From: an uncultured bacterium
GTDB taxonomy: Bacteria > Patescibacteriota > Minisyncoccia > UBA6257 > GWB1-50-10
Length of the DNA stretch: 64,000 nt
Reading direction: 5' to 3'
NCBI GenBank assembly: GCA_963713955.1
Contig: OY970216.1
Span: forward strand, 209,934-273,933
Shown: positions 18,012-25,454 of the stretch, piece by piece
Layout: each line of letters opens with the position of its first letter
Numbering within the stretch: position 1 is the first letter of the stretch
The notes under the pieces: model-generated
Told to the model about the DNA's origin: nothing
Seen by the model: only the letters and a program-made list of their open reading frames with translations
Databases searched by the model: none
Position numbers and translations under genes: made by a program

Positions 18012-18704
18012 TTACCGCTTCGCTACCTTTTTCGCAGTAGCGTCTGCAAAGATCTTCATCGTATCGTAAATTTTTAATCTTGGATGACGAGGAATCAATA
18101 ATTGTAAATCTGTGCAAGCCAATATTACATGCTCTATCCCCCTTTGCTCAAAACTGTTAATAATATCTACTAACTTTTTTCTGTCTTGATGGCCATGTTT
18201 ATTTGAGACTAAATGGTAAATTATCTCACCGATTTTAGCCTGTTCGTAATCATGGGGGATAACTTGCTCTATATCGTTCTTGACAAGGAACTTTTCGTAC
18301 AACTTTTTATTCAAGGTTATCCTGGTGGAAATAATTCCAACCCTAGAGATACCTTCTTCTTTCAAGAATTTTACCGTTTCTTCAATTATACTGAGTACGG
18401 GAATTTTGACTGAATTCCTAATGTCTTCAATAAAGGTATGTAAAGTATTGCACGGCATTGCTAAGAAATCAGCACCGGCAATTTCTAATCTTCTTGCGGC
18501 ATCTAGGATAAACGGATGGCACCTTTCTTCGCCAATCCCTTTTACAATTGCATCTTCTTCAACATCGTAGGGCAATGGAACGCTATAAATCAGAATCGGG
18601 GGCCTATTAATCTTGTTTAAATCCTGGCATCGAGAAATCAACTCTAAATAAAACTTGGAAGTTGTTTCAGGACCCAACCCACCTATTATGCCGACCGTTT
18701 TCAT
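18012..18704 (-). CDS. Aspartate/glutamate racemase family protein (Asp racemase-like).
   Basis: 230 aa. MKTVGIIGGLGPETTSKFYLELI (GIIGGMGP motif), two catalytic Cys contexts AMPCNTLHTF and ILACTDLQLL. Confidence 0.8.
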   Translation of the reverse strand: MKTVGIIGGLGPETTSKFYLELISRCQDLNKINRPPILIYSVPLPYDVEEDAIVKGIGEERCHPFILDAARRLEIAGADFLAMPCNTLHTFIEDIRNSVKIPVLSIIEETVKFLKEEGISRVGIISTRITLNKKLYEKFLVKNDIEQVIPHDYEQAKIGEIIYHLVSNKHGHQDRKKLVDIINSFEQRGIEHVILACTDLQLLIPRHPRLKIYDTMKIFADATAKKVAKR

Positions 18705-18726
18705 ATTTTTATTTATTGTCTGTCTA

Positions 18727-18909
18727 TTCTATCACAAAAACCGAAAACATAATTTCCATTGAAGGTGGCGACACTTTTCTCCGGTGTACAACAAACATCC
18801 CGGAAATTACGTTGCTACGTTTAACGGCAGCAAATTCGCAAGCGGTCTATACTTCTACCGCCTGCAAGCTGACGATCTTTCTCTTACCAAGGAAATGATC
18901 TTGATGAAG
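18727..18909 (+). pseudogene. Relic C-terminal fragment of a T9SS C-terminal-sorting-domain protein. Truncated, with an internal deletion.
   Basis: In-frame translation ...FSPVYNKHPGNYVATFNGSKFASGLYFYRLQADDLSLTKEMILMK* aligns to the last ~35 aa of the 11418 and 26777 gene products (SPGTYEASFDGTSLPSGTYIYRLQTD...KKMVLLK). An upstream in-frame TGA and no N-terminal body. About 150 nt downstream lies a copy of the terminator repeat. Confidence 0.6.
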
Positions 18910-19069
18910 TAGTTTCGAAAAGTCCGTGCGCTTCGCACCTCCGGGCTTTTCTGCGTTTACGCGGCTTGTTTCCTCCTTCCCCTAATTTCTCCAAAACTAT
19001 CCTTATACCACGATCGTGGTGTTAGGGGAGATTTTGGAATCATCCGCCTGTGAAGTGACCTTGTTCAAA

Positions 19070-19108
19070 GAGGTTCAGTCCTAAAAAACTGAACCCCTTT
19101 TCCGTTTT
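19070..19108 (+). terminator. Copy 2 of the gaggttcag...ctgaacc hairpin plus ttttccgtttt terminator repeat.
   Basis: ttgttcaaagaggttcag-tcctaaaaaa-ctgaacccc-ttttccgtttt. Compare with 12721-12764. Confidence 0.5.
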
Positions 19109-19319
19109 ATATACTAATATTTGGCCTCCCGCTCTCCATATACTAATACCCCCAGCAAAATTCGCCTTAACTATTGATGTCCGACGTCAATAGATTGTGG
19201 TTGCTTTAGAATTCCGCCTCCGCGCAAAGAGCTATGCGCAAAAGTGAGGCGCTATAACTAATCATAGCGCCCAATATATACTTGTTTTTCAGTAAATTTA
19301 ATGATATTATTGAAACAAT

Positions 19320-19535
19320 ATGAGCCGACAATTTACCGCCATTTATAAAAAGACCGGGAAATGGTATTCTGCTTGGGTAGAAGAAATTCCCGGCGTTAAT
19401 ACTCAAGGCCGCACACTAAAAGAAGCCAAAGAAAATCTCAAGGAAGCTCTGGTGCTTGTTTTAGAAACGAGTAAACTTTTGGTCAAAAGCTCTGATTCTA
19501 AGGTTTTAAGAGAACCGATTTCCGTGTCTTTATGA
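19320..19535 (+). CDS. hicB: HicB-family antitoxin (UPF0150 fold), cassette 1.
   Basis: 71 aa. FTAIYKKTGKWYSAWVEEIPGVNTQGRTLKEAKENLKEALVLVLE matches the HicB N-terminal domain pattern (..Y.A.VPELPGC.TQG.TLEEA..N.KEAI.L.LE). The sigma70-like promoter ttgttt-N17-tattat is directly upstream. Confidence 0.7.
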   Translation: MSRQFTAIYKKTGKWYSAWVEEIPGVNTQGRTLKEAKENLKEALVLVLETSKLLVKSSDSKVLREPISVSL

Positions 19536-19723
19536 AGAGGCGCGAACTTGTGAATCGTATCATGAAGCAAGGTTGCGTTTTTGTACGCGAGGGCGCTAAG
19601 CATAGCGTCTTTTTTAATCCCGAAACAAAAAGAATTTCGACGGTACCGCGTCATCAGGAAATCAATAATTTCTTAGCCGAGAAAATCTGTCAGGACTTGG
19701 GCATACCAAAGTCGAGGAAATAG
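19532..19723 (+). CDS. hicA: HicA-family mRNA interferase toxin, cassette 1.
   Basis: 63 aa. KRRELVNRIMKQGCVFVREGAKHSVFFNPETKRISTVPRHQEI fits HicA (YcfA-like: K..E..K.L...G....R..GSH..F.HP.....TVP.H). Overlaps hicB by 4 nt. Confidence 0.75.
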   Translation: MKRRELVNRIMKQGCVFVREGAKHSVFFNPETKRISTVPRHQEINNFLAEKICQDLGIPKSRK

Positions 19724-19810
19724 CGGCTACGGCTGGTTCTCGTTCAACTCGAGTGATGTCCAGGGATGCTCACGAAGTAATACTCAGTGTCAGCCAATCG
19801 TCAGCTTAAT

Positions 19811-20284
19811 ATGAACACCTATTTGAAGAAGTTCATCGACTCCGAGTTTGACAGACCAGGTAAGGCGTTGGATCTGGGGGCGGGAGATTTTTTTGACGTG
19901 GTTTGCCTAAAGCAGCTGAAATGGCAATGCGAAGGCGTAGATATAAAGACCGGCGTTGACTTAGAGAAGCCCTACCTTTCTCCAAGGAGACCGTTTGATC
20001 TTGTTTATTCCAACTACTTAATCCACAAACTCAAGAACAAAAAGCAACTTATCAAGACAGTATTCAACAATTTAAAAAGCGGGGGTTGGTTTTTCCTCCA
20101 CACTTTTGACAAGTCAGATCCTAACAGCCGGTCAACTATTACTGCTAAGTCTATAGAAAATCTATTGAACAAAGAAAGTTTTAAAAGCATTGGCACGCGG
20201 ATTTTCAGCTATTACGATAATGAAGAGGGCCACAAGCATTGGCATAGGATTCTGGAGGTTACCGCGCAGAAACAAGAAGCATAA
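19811..20284 (+). CDS. Small class I SAM-dependent methyltransferase. Start at MNTYLKKF; the ORF track gives 19787.
   Basis: Motif I ALDLGAGDFFDVVCL. Motif-IV-like SGGWFFLHTF. About 158 aa. Confidence 0.6.
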   Translation: MNTYLKKFIDSEFDRPGKALDLGAGDFFDVVCLKQLKWQCEGVDIKTGVDLEKPYLSPRRPFDLVYSNYLIHKLKNKKQLIKTVFNNLKSGGWFFLHTFDKSDPNSRSTITAKSIENLLNKESFKSIGTRIFSYYDNEEGHKHWHRILEVTAQKQEA

Positions 20285-20422
20285 AATGGGAGAAGGCTGA
20301 TACCTGCATCAGCCTTTTGAACTTCTTATTTGCCCGCGTGGTTTCACCACTGTTCCGGGCTTTTCTGCATTTAATGGAGCCACTATTGACAATTTTATTT
20401 CCACGCTTTAGTATACTAAAGT

Positions 20423-20725
20423 ATGAAAGAACAAGATAAATGGATGAATAGGAATAGCGACGCACTTTTTGAGGCCATTCTTAGGCTTAGGAATCTCAAT
20501 GAAACCAGGAGATTCTTCAGGGATCTCATGGCCGAGAAGGAAATCGCTGAATTCAGTAACCGGTGGAAGGCTGCGCGGATGCTTAACCAAAAGATGTCCT
20601 ACAAAAAGATAGCCAAGGAGACCGGCTTGAGCTCGACGACTATCGCACGAGTACAGAAGTGGCTCAAGGGGAATCTGGGCGGTTACCGGCTAATATTGAG
20701 AAGATCAGGACAGAACTATTTATGA
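20423..20725 (+). CDS. YerC/YecD-family TrpR-like DNA-binding protein.
   Basis: 100 aa. LFEAILRLRNLNETRRFFRDLMAEKEIAEFSNRWKAARMLNQKMSYKKIAKETGLSSTTIARVQKWLKGNLGGY is the characteristic YerC/YecD signature (HTH ...TG.S.ATIARV). A promoter-like ttgaca..N..agtatact lies upstream. Confidence 0.7.
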   Translation: MKEQDKWMNRNSDALFEAILRLRNLNETRRFFRDLMAEKEIAEFSNRWKAARMLNQKMSYKKIAKETGLSSTTIARVQKWLKGNLGGYRLILRRSGQNYL

Positions 20726-21264
20726 AAAAGTTACCAAGAAAGTTACAAATAGGCGTTGTGGGATCAGCCGCCGATCTGAAATACTCAAAGAAGATGCAGA
20801 GTATAGCTTATGAGGTAGGGAAAATGATTGCAGAGAGCGGGGCGATAGTGGTTTATGGCGCCGAGAAGGATTATGACTCCCTTTCCACGGCCGCTGCGAG
20901 GGGTGCAAAGGAAGCAGGCGGGATAACCGTTGGCATCACCTATGGGAGGGGGAAAAATATTTGGGACAAGAGTGGCTCGGCAAGTATCGTCATTGTAACA
21001 GGTGTTGAGCGAGGAGGGGGTAGGGAATTTGTCCTCGTGAACTCGTGTGATGTGATTATTGTTATATCAGGAGGATCGGGGACGCTCACCGAGATGGCGA
21101 TGGCGTACCAAATGGATATCCCTATCATCGCTGTAGCGGGGACTGGTGGATGGGCTGATAAGCTCGCTGGTAAGTATATAGATAAACGAAGACGACTAAG
21201 AATCTTGAAAGCAAGAACGCCTCGGCAAGCGGTAATATCAGCTCTCAATGTCGCAAGAACTTGA
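20722..21264 (+). CDS. LOG-family / TIGR00725-like Rossmann-fold nucleotide-binding protein. Start at MKKLPRK; the ORF track gives 20659.
   Basis: IGVVGSAADLKY..., VVYGAEKDYDS, and ISGGSGTLTEMAMAY (LOG PGGxGTxxE motif). About 180 aa. Confidence 0.55.
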   Translation: MKKLPRKLQIGVVGSAADLKYSKKMQSIAYEVGKMIAESGAIVVYGAEKDYDSLSTAAARGAKEAGGITVGITYGRGKNIWDKSGSASIVIVTGVERGGGREFVLVNSCDVIIVISGGSGTLTEMAMAYQMDIPIIAVAGTGGWADKLAGKYIDKRRRLRILKARTPRQAVISALNVART

Positions 21265-21273
21265 GAGCCCTCA

Positions 21274-22047
21274 ATGATTACTCCCCGCCAGAAACAAGTT
21301 CTCTTCATTGCCTGCACGCACGGCAACGAACCGATAGGGAAATTGGCAGTTGAGGGACTTTTGAAAAACAAAAATCTGTCGCGAAAATTCGATTGTGTCA
21401 TCGGGAACCCCAGGGCGTACGCTAGAAATATTCGCTTTACAGACTCTGATCTCAACCGATCTGCGCCTGGCAGGCAATACTCGAAAAAATATGAGGTGAG
21501 ACGCGCCTTTCAACTGATCCAGCTTTTCAAGAGGTACCGATACGTTATCGATCTCCATCAAACCAGGGCGAATAATCGGATAGTAGTCATTATTCCAAAG
21601 CTTACCCGCCGTTCTCTGGCGCTTGCTCTGGCCTTTGACGTAAGGGATGTTCTCATCTGGCCATCATCGTCCTCATTAAAATCACGACTCAGGCCGCTCA
21701 CCGAGTACAAAGACTATGGTATAGAGATAGAATCCGGGATCAAAGCAAATCCACGAAAAACCTTAATGAAGCTTACAGTGATCGTCTATGATTTCCTCAT
21801 GAAAGATTCGGGAGCGATATCGACAAACCTTGAAGATTTGAAGGAAAAAATTTGCAAGAGAAAGTTTTATTTAGTTTATGATCGCATTGGTATAGAGGAC
21901 ATTCAAGGTGCCACAGTCGAGGATTTCAAAGAGGTGGATACGGGAGAGAAAAAGTACATTGCTTTGCTCTTTGGGAGACGTCAGGGATTGATCGGATATA
22001 AGATGCGCCGCGTGAGTGAAAAGTGGATCAGTAATTCCATTTCTTAA
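21274..22047 (+). CDS. Succinylglutamate desuccinylase / aspartoacylase (AstE-AspA) family zinc hydrolase.
   Basis: 257 aa. N-terminal LFIACTHGNEPIGK (GxHGNExxG zinc-ligand motif) and the DLHQT second metal-ligand context. Confidence 0.65.
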   Translation: MITPRQKQVLFIACTHGNEPIGKLAVEGLLKNKNLSRKFDCVIGNPRAYARNIRFTDSDLNRSAPGRQYSKKYEVRRAFQLIQLFKRYRYVIDLHQTRANNRIVVIIPKLTRRSLALALAFDVRDVLIWPSSSSLKSRLRPLTEYKDYGIEIESGIKANPRKTLMKLTVIVYDFLMKDSGAISTNLEDLKEKICKRKFYLVYDRIGIEDIQGATVEDFKEVDTGEKKYIALLFGRRQGLIGYKMRRVSEKWISNSIS

Positions 22048-22049
22048 TC

Positions 22050-22805
22050 ATGGAATCCGGCAAGACAATCACCATCCTCTCGACTTTTACCGAGGATATA
22101 CTTGTGAACGAAGAAGGGGAAGTGATCAGGAAACAAAGAGGAGGACCGGCATTTTATCTCGAGCGGACCTTCAGGCGTGAGAAAGTAACGTCAGTTTTAA
22201 AGACTGGTCCCGAGATGGAAGTCAAAATCCTTGTGGCAAAAACAGGAGAGCTTGGCATGGTTTCACGGGGGTCGTCACCACAGAAAGTAAGATTCTCGGA
22301 CCTCAAAACACCATTTCTCCTTATTTCCACAGTGTTAAACGAATTTGATCTGACCGAGCTTCCGCAGTTCAGAGGATTTGTATTTCTCGATGTTCAAGGC
22401 TATGTAAGAAACGGCAGTCGTTTTGGAAAGAAGAAGCTATGGCGTCCCACCAATAGGGTGTTTAGCAGTATTTTCTGCCTCAAGGGCACTGGAGAAGAAT
22501 TGAAGAGTTTACCGGATCACTATCTTGAGACTCAAAGGGGAAAAATTCTCATAACCACGAATGGTAAAAGTGGTTGTGAAATTTTCACCTTCGGTAAACG
22601 TGATGTTGTAAAACCGAAAAGAATTGTCGTGACAGGAAACACGGTAGGGGCCGGCGATACATTTTTCGCTAATTTTATTTCCCATTTTACGAGGACAATG
22701 GATGCCTCCGTTAGTGCCAGGTACGCCGTGAAGGAAACCTCAGTTTTCCTCTCCGCAATAAGTTCGTGTAATCTTAAATGCAATCACCCTAATGAAACAA
22801 GATAG
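22050..22805 (+). CDS. PfkB-family carbohydrate/nucleoside kinase (ribokinase-like).
   Basis: 251 aa. N-terminal GGPAFYLE (GG motif) and C-terminal VVTGNTVGAGDTFFANFIS (DTxGAGDxF anion-hole motif). Confidence 0.7.
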   Translation: MESGKTITILSTFTEDILVNEEGEVIRKQRGGPAFYLERTFRREKVTSVLKTGPEMEVKILVAKTGELGMVSRGSSPQKVRFSDLKTPFLLISTVLNEFDLTELPQFRGFVFLDVQGYVRNGSRFGKKKLWRPTNRVFSSIFCLKGTGEELKSLPDHYLETQRGKILITTNGKSGCEIFTFGKRDVVKPKRIVVTGNTVGAGDTFFANFISHFTRTMDASVSARYAVKETSVFLSAISSCNLKCNHPNETR

Positions 22806-23504
22806 CAAGCTTATCATTTTTGATCTCGATGGGACTATCTATAAATTGGACGGCGGGTCTTATAAAAAATCCTCTTTACGGAGGGGCGTGTTGCGGAACG
22901 CAGTCAAATTCATCGGAGAAAGACTGTCTAGAAGTGAGGTAGAGGCTCAGAATGTACTCCGGACCATTAAAAAGAAATATGGTGAACAGATAAGTATCGG
23001 ATTGGAGAGAGAGTTTGGAATCGATCGCCATGATTACTTCAATACTGTTTGGGACATTCCGGCCCGTGATCTTGTTACAAAGAAAGACAGCGGGCGAAAA
23101 ATCCTACTAGCCCTGAGAAGGGAGTATGAAATGGCGCTTGTGTCTGATGCCCCACGTGTTTGGATAAACAACGTTCTAAAAGAGTTGGGAATTAAAACCT
23201 CTTTAGCGGTATGGTATTCTCTGGCGAGGGGAACCGACGCAAGGGTTTTGGTAATACTTTTGCGGATATCACACGAACTCTAAAAACCTCTCCACAAGAT
23301 TGTATTGTTATCGGTGATCAAGAGAATACAGACATTGTTCCTGCAAAGAGACTCGGCATGTACACTATCTTCGTCAGCCCAAAAAAACGTTCTCTCATAG
23401 CCGATGACACTATTTCATCCATTCGCGAACTCCCGGCGGCACTTAGAGCTGAGGCTCTTTTTAACTTCAACGAAAATCTACCAAAGGAAATTTTATTGCA
23501 GTGA
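22792..23504 (+). pseudogene. HAD-superfamily hydrolase split into two overlapping reading frames (22792-23283 and 23211-23504). Either a genuine frameshift pseudogene or an assembly indel.
   Basis: Frame A: MKQDSKLIIFDLDGTIY (HAD motif I DxDGT) ... ALVSDAP ... LKELGIKTS. Frame B continues ...FSGEGNRRKGFGNTFADI...CIVIGDQENTDIVPAKRLGMYTIFV (motif III Lys and IV GDxxxD). A single-base frame change near 23196-23215 would fuse them. Confidence 0.5.
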
Positions 23505-23699
23505 CTTTTGAAAAAACCCGCATGGTTTCACCACTGTTCCGGTTTTTCTGCGTTTACGCGGCTTGTTTCTCCCGCCAGCAGGCTCTTCGGTTTTCAAAAT
23601 TCCACCCTCGCGCAAAAGCTATGCCTGAAAGTGGGATGCTACAGTTAACTGTAGCAGCTCGGATTTCTCAGACTATGCCGCGTTTGCATTTGAACGAGC

Positions 23700-23963
23700 T
23701 TGTTGTATAATCTAGAAATGGCCAAGAAACAGCAGTTCAAAATTCTTATCGAGCAAGGTGATGACGGAATGTTTGTTGGGAGCGTTCCTTCCTTGCCTGG
23801 TTGTCATACGCAAGCTAAGACCCTCCCCGAGCTGAAGAAACGGATTCGGGAAGCGATTGAACTCTGTCTTGAAGTTGCCAAGGAAGATGCCAGCTACCGG
23901 GCGAGAATAAAACAGTTTGCTTACGAACCGACCTTCGTTGGCCTTGAGATGGTCAGCGTATGA
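23700..23963 (+). CDS. hicB: HicB-family antitoxin, cassette 2.
   Basis: 87 aa. FKILIEQGDDGMFVGSVPSLPGCHTQAKTLPELKKRIREAIELCLE is textbook HicB/UPF0150. Promoter ttgcat-N17-tataat lies 8 nt before the ATG (near-leaderless). Confidence 0.8.
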   Translation: MLYNLEMAKKQQFKILIEQGDDGMFVGSVPSLPGCHTQAKTLPELKKRIREAIELCLEVAKEDASYRARIKQFAYEPTFVGLEMVSV

Positions 23964-24187
23964 GCAGGCATCTACCTGTCTTGAAAGCAAAGGATGTTAT
24001 AAAGATTTTGAGAAAGCTGGGCTTTTATGAGGTGCGAACGAAAGGTTCGCACGTCTTTTTCAAGCATCCTGATGGCAGAGTGACGTTAGTCCCCGTGCAT
24101 AGGAGAGAAAATATAGGCAAAGTGCTCTTACATCAAATCATGAGAGAGGTTAAGATTACGCCTGAAGAATTCTCTAAGTTGTTATAA
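23960..24187 (+). CDS. hicA: HicA-family toxin, cassette 2.
   Basis: 75 aa. KAKDVIKILRKLGFYEVRTKGSHVFFKHPDGRVTLVPVHRRENIGKVLLHQIMREVKIT is the canonical HicA/YcfA signature. 4-nt overlap with hicB. Confidence 0.8.
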   Translation: MSRHLPVLKAKDVIKILRKLGFYEVRTKGSHVFFKHPDGRVTLVPVHRRENIGKVLLHQIMREVKITPEEFSKLL

Positions 24188-24522
24188 ATCCCTGCGGCTA
24201 CGGTTGGCTCTCTCTTTTCTCTTCAAGAGCTTCTTTGTTGAAAGAAATTTGGCAATCGGTTTCGCGCAGTTGGGACAAAAATCATAACTATCAAAACCAA
24301 TGCCGACGGAGATTGCTTCCCTCAGCTTCCTTAAACTCTTCCGACAGATATCACACTTGCGGATGATCATATCTTTTCTCTCGTGCAAGCAATTATACCA
24401 CGCCAAGATTTTTTTTCGAGGCCCTGTGGCTATGGTTTTCGAACAGCGCCGTTGGAGGATTCTTGGATTGCTCGTCGCCTCGGTGAAAACTCAATCTTCG
24501 TTTGCAAAGAGGCTAACAATGC

Positions 24523-25326
24523 TTAGCCTCTCTTTTTGTTTTTCTTCTGACAAATAAAAACCATTTGCTCGCTACCGGGTTTATACGGTTTCAGGCTGAA
24601 GTCGCCATAAACTTTTACCGGATACAAACCGACTTTTTCCAGTAAGGACTGTATTTCTATAAAATCTGCTTGATACCCAGATGCTGGATAATGCCAACGC
24701 CGAGTAACACTGTTAGCGTTTAAAATTTCCATAAAATAATGTATTTGAAAGATACGTCTCGCGGGAACCTGTATTGCGGAAAAAAGATTCCAAGTTTCAC
24801 TTTTTATTACCCGTGAGAAATGATATCTCACGGCATATTCCCTAGACAGATCATTAGGCGAGAACAGATCGAGAACAAATAGACCATTTTCATCGAGGTG
24901 CTCCGCTATGTTCTTGAGAGCTTTGTATTGTCTTTGTTGTATCTCTTCTGGTGAATAATATGCGTCGCCCTTCTGGGCAAGATATGCCAGACTATCAAAA
25001 GGCAGGAAAATGAGCTTGAATCGCTTGTTTCTAAACAGGGAGGAGGAAAACTCGACTAGATCGTCTTTGAAAATTTTAACTTTTCTGCCAGCTTTTAATG
25101 TTTTAACTTTTTTCCTGGCAATATCCAACATCGCAGCATTAGTATCGAAGCCCCAAATCTCCTTACCCGATTTCGCTATGGGAGCGAGAATACGACCAGC
25201 TCCGCAAGCACATTCCAATATCGGTCCATTAACCTTCTGAGCCAGGCGATAATAGAAATCTACATCATCTTTTTTATTCTCGTACTCCAGATCGTAAAAT
25301 TTTGCGTAAAGCTGCTCTCTGTTCAT
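24523..25326 (-). CDS. Class I SAM-dependent methyltransferase. Start at MNREQLYAKFY; the ORF track gives 25380.
   Basis: Motif I ILECACGAGRILAPIAKSGKEIWGFD, acidic DLVEF, motif-II-like LIFLPFDSLAY. Confidence 0.7.
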   Translation of the reverse strand: MNREQLYAKFYDLEYENKKDDVDFYYRLAQKVNGPILECACGAGRILAPIAKSGKEIWGFDTNAAMLDIARKKVKTLKAGRKVKIFKDDLVEFSSSLFRNKRFKLIFLPFDSLAYLAQKGDAYYSPEEIQQRQYKALKNIAEHLDENGLFVLDLFSPNDLSREYAVRYHFSRVIKSETWNLFSAIQVPARRIFQIHYFMEILNANSVTRRWHYPASGYQADFIEIQSLLEKVGLYPVKVYGDFSLKPYKPGSEQMVFICQKKNKKRG

Positions 25327-25454
25327 AACAGTTTTATTATACCAATAAAAGCCGAACGAACAATGAAGATATTCCACCACTCCTCATACTAAGAAGTGAT
25401 GGAGTATAAAAAGGCAGAAAAGTCCGGAGGTGCTAAGCACACGGACTTTTCGTA

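Noticed and set aside
12717-25454. Integron-like cassette array (repeats between genes resembling attC) and CRISPR arrays
   Set aside because: The recurring elements are terminator hairpins plus conserved tails, not attC sites. There are no GTTRRRY/RYYYAAC cores and no integrase. No regularly spaced direct repeats of 24-48 nt were seen anywhere in the window.
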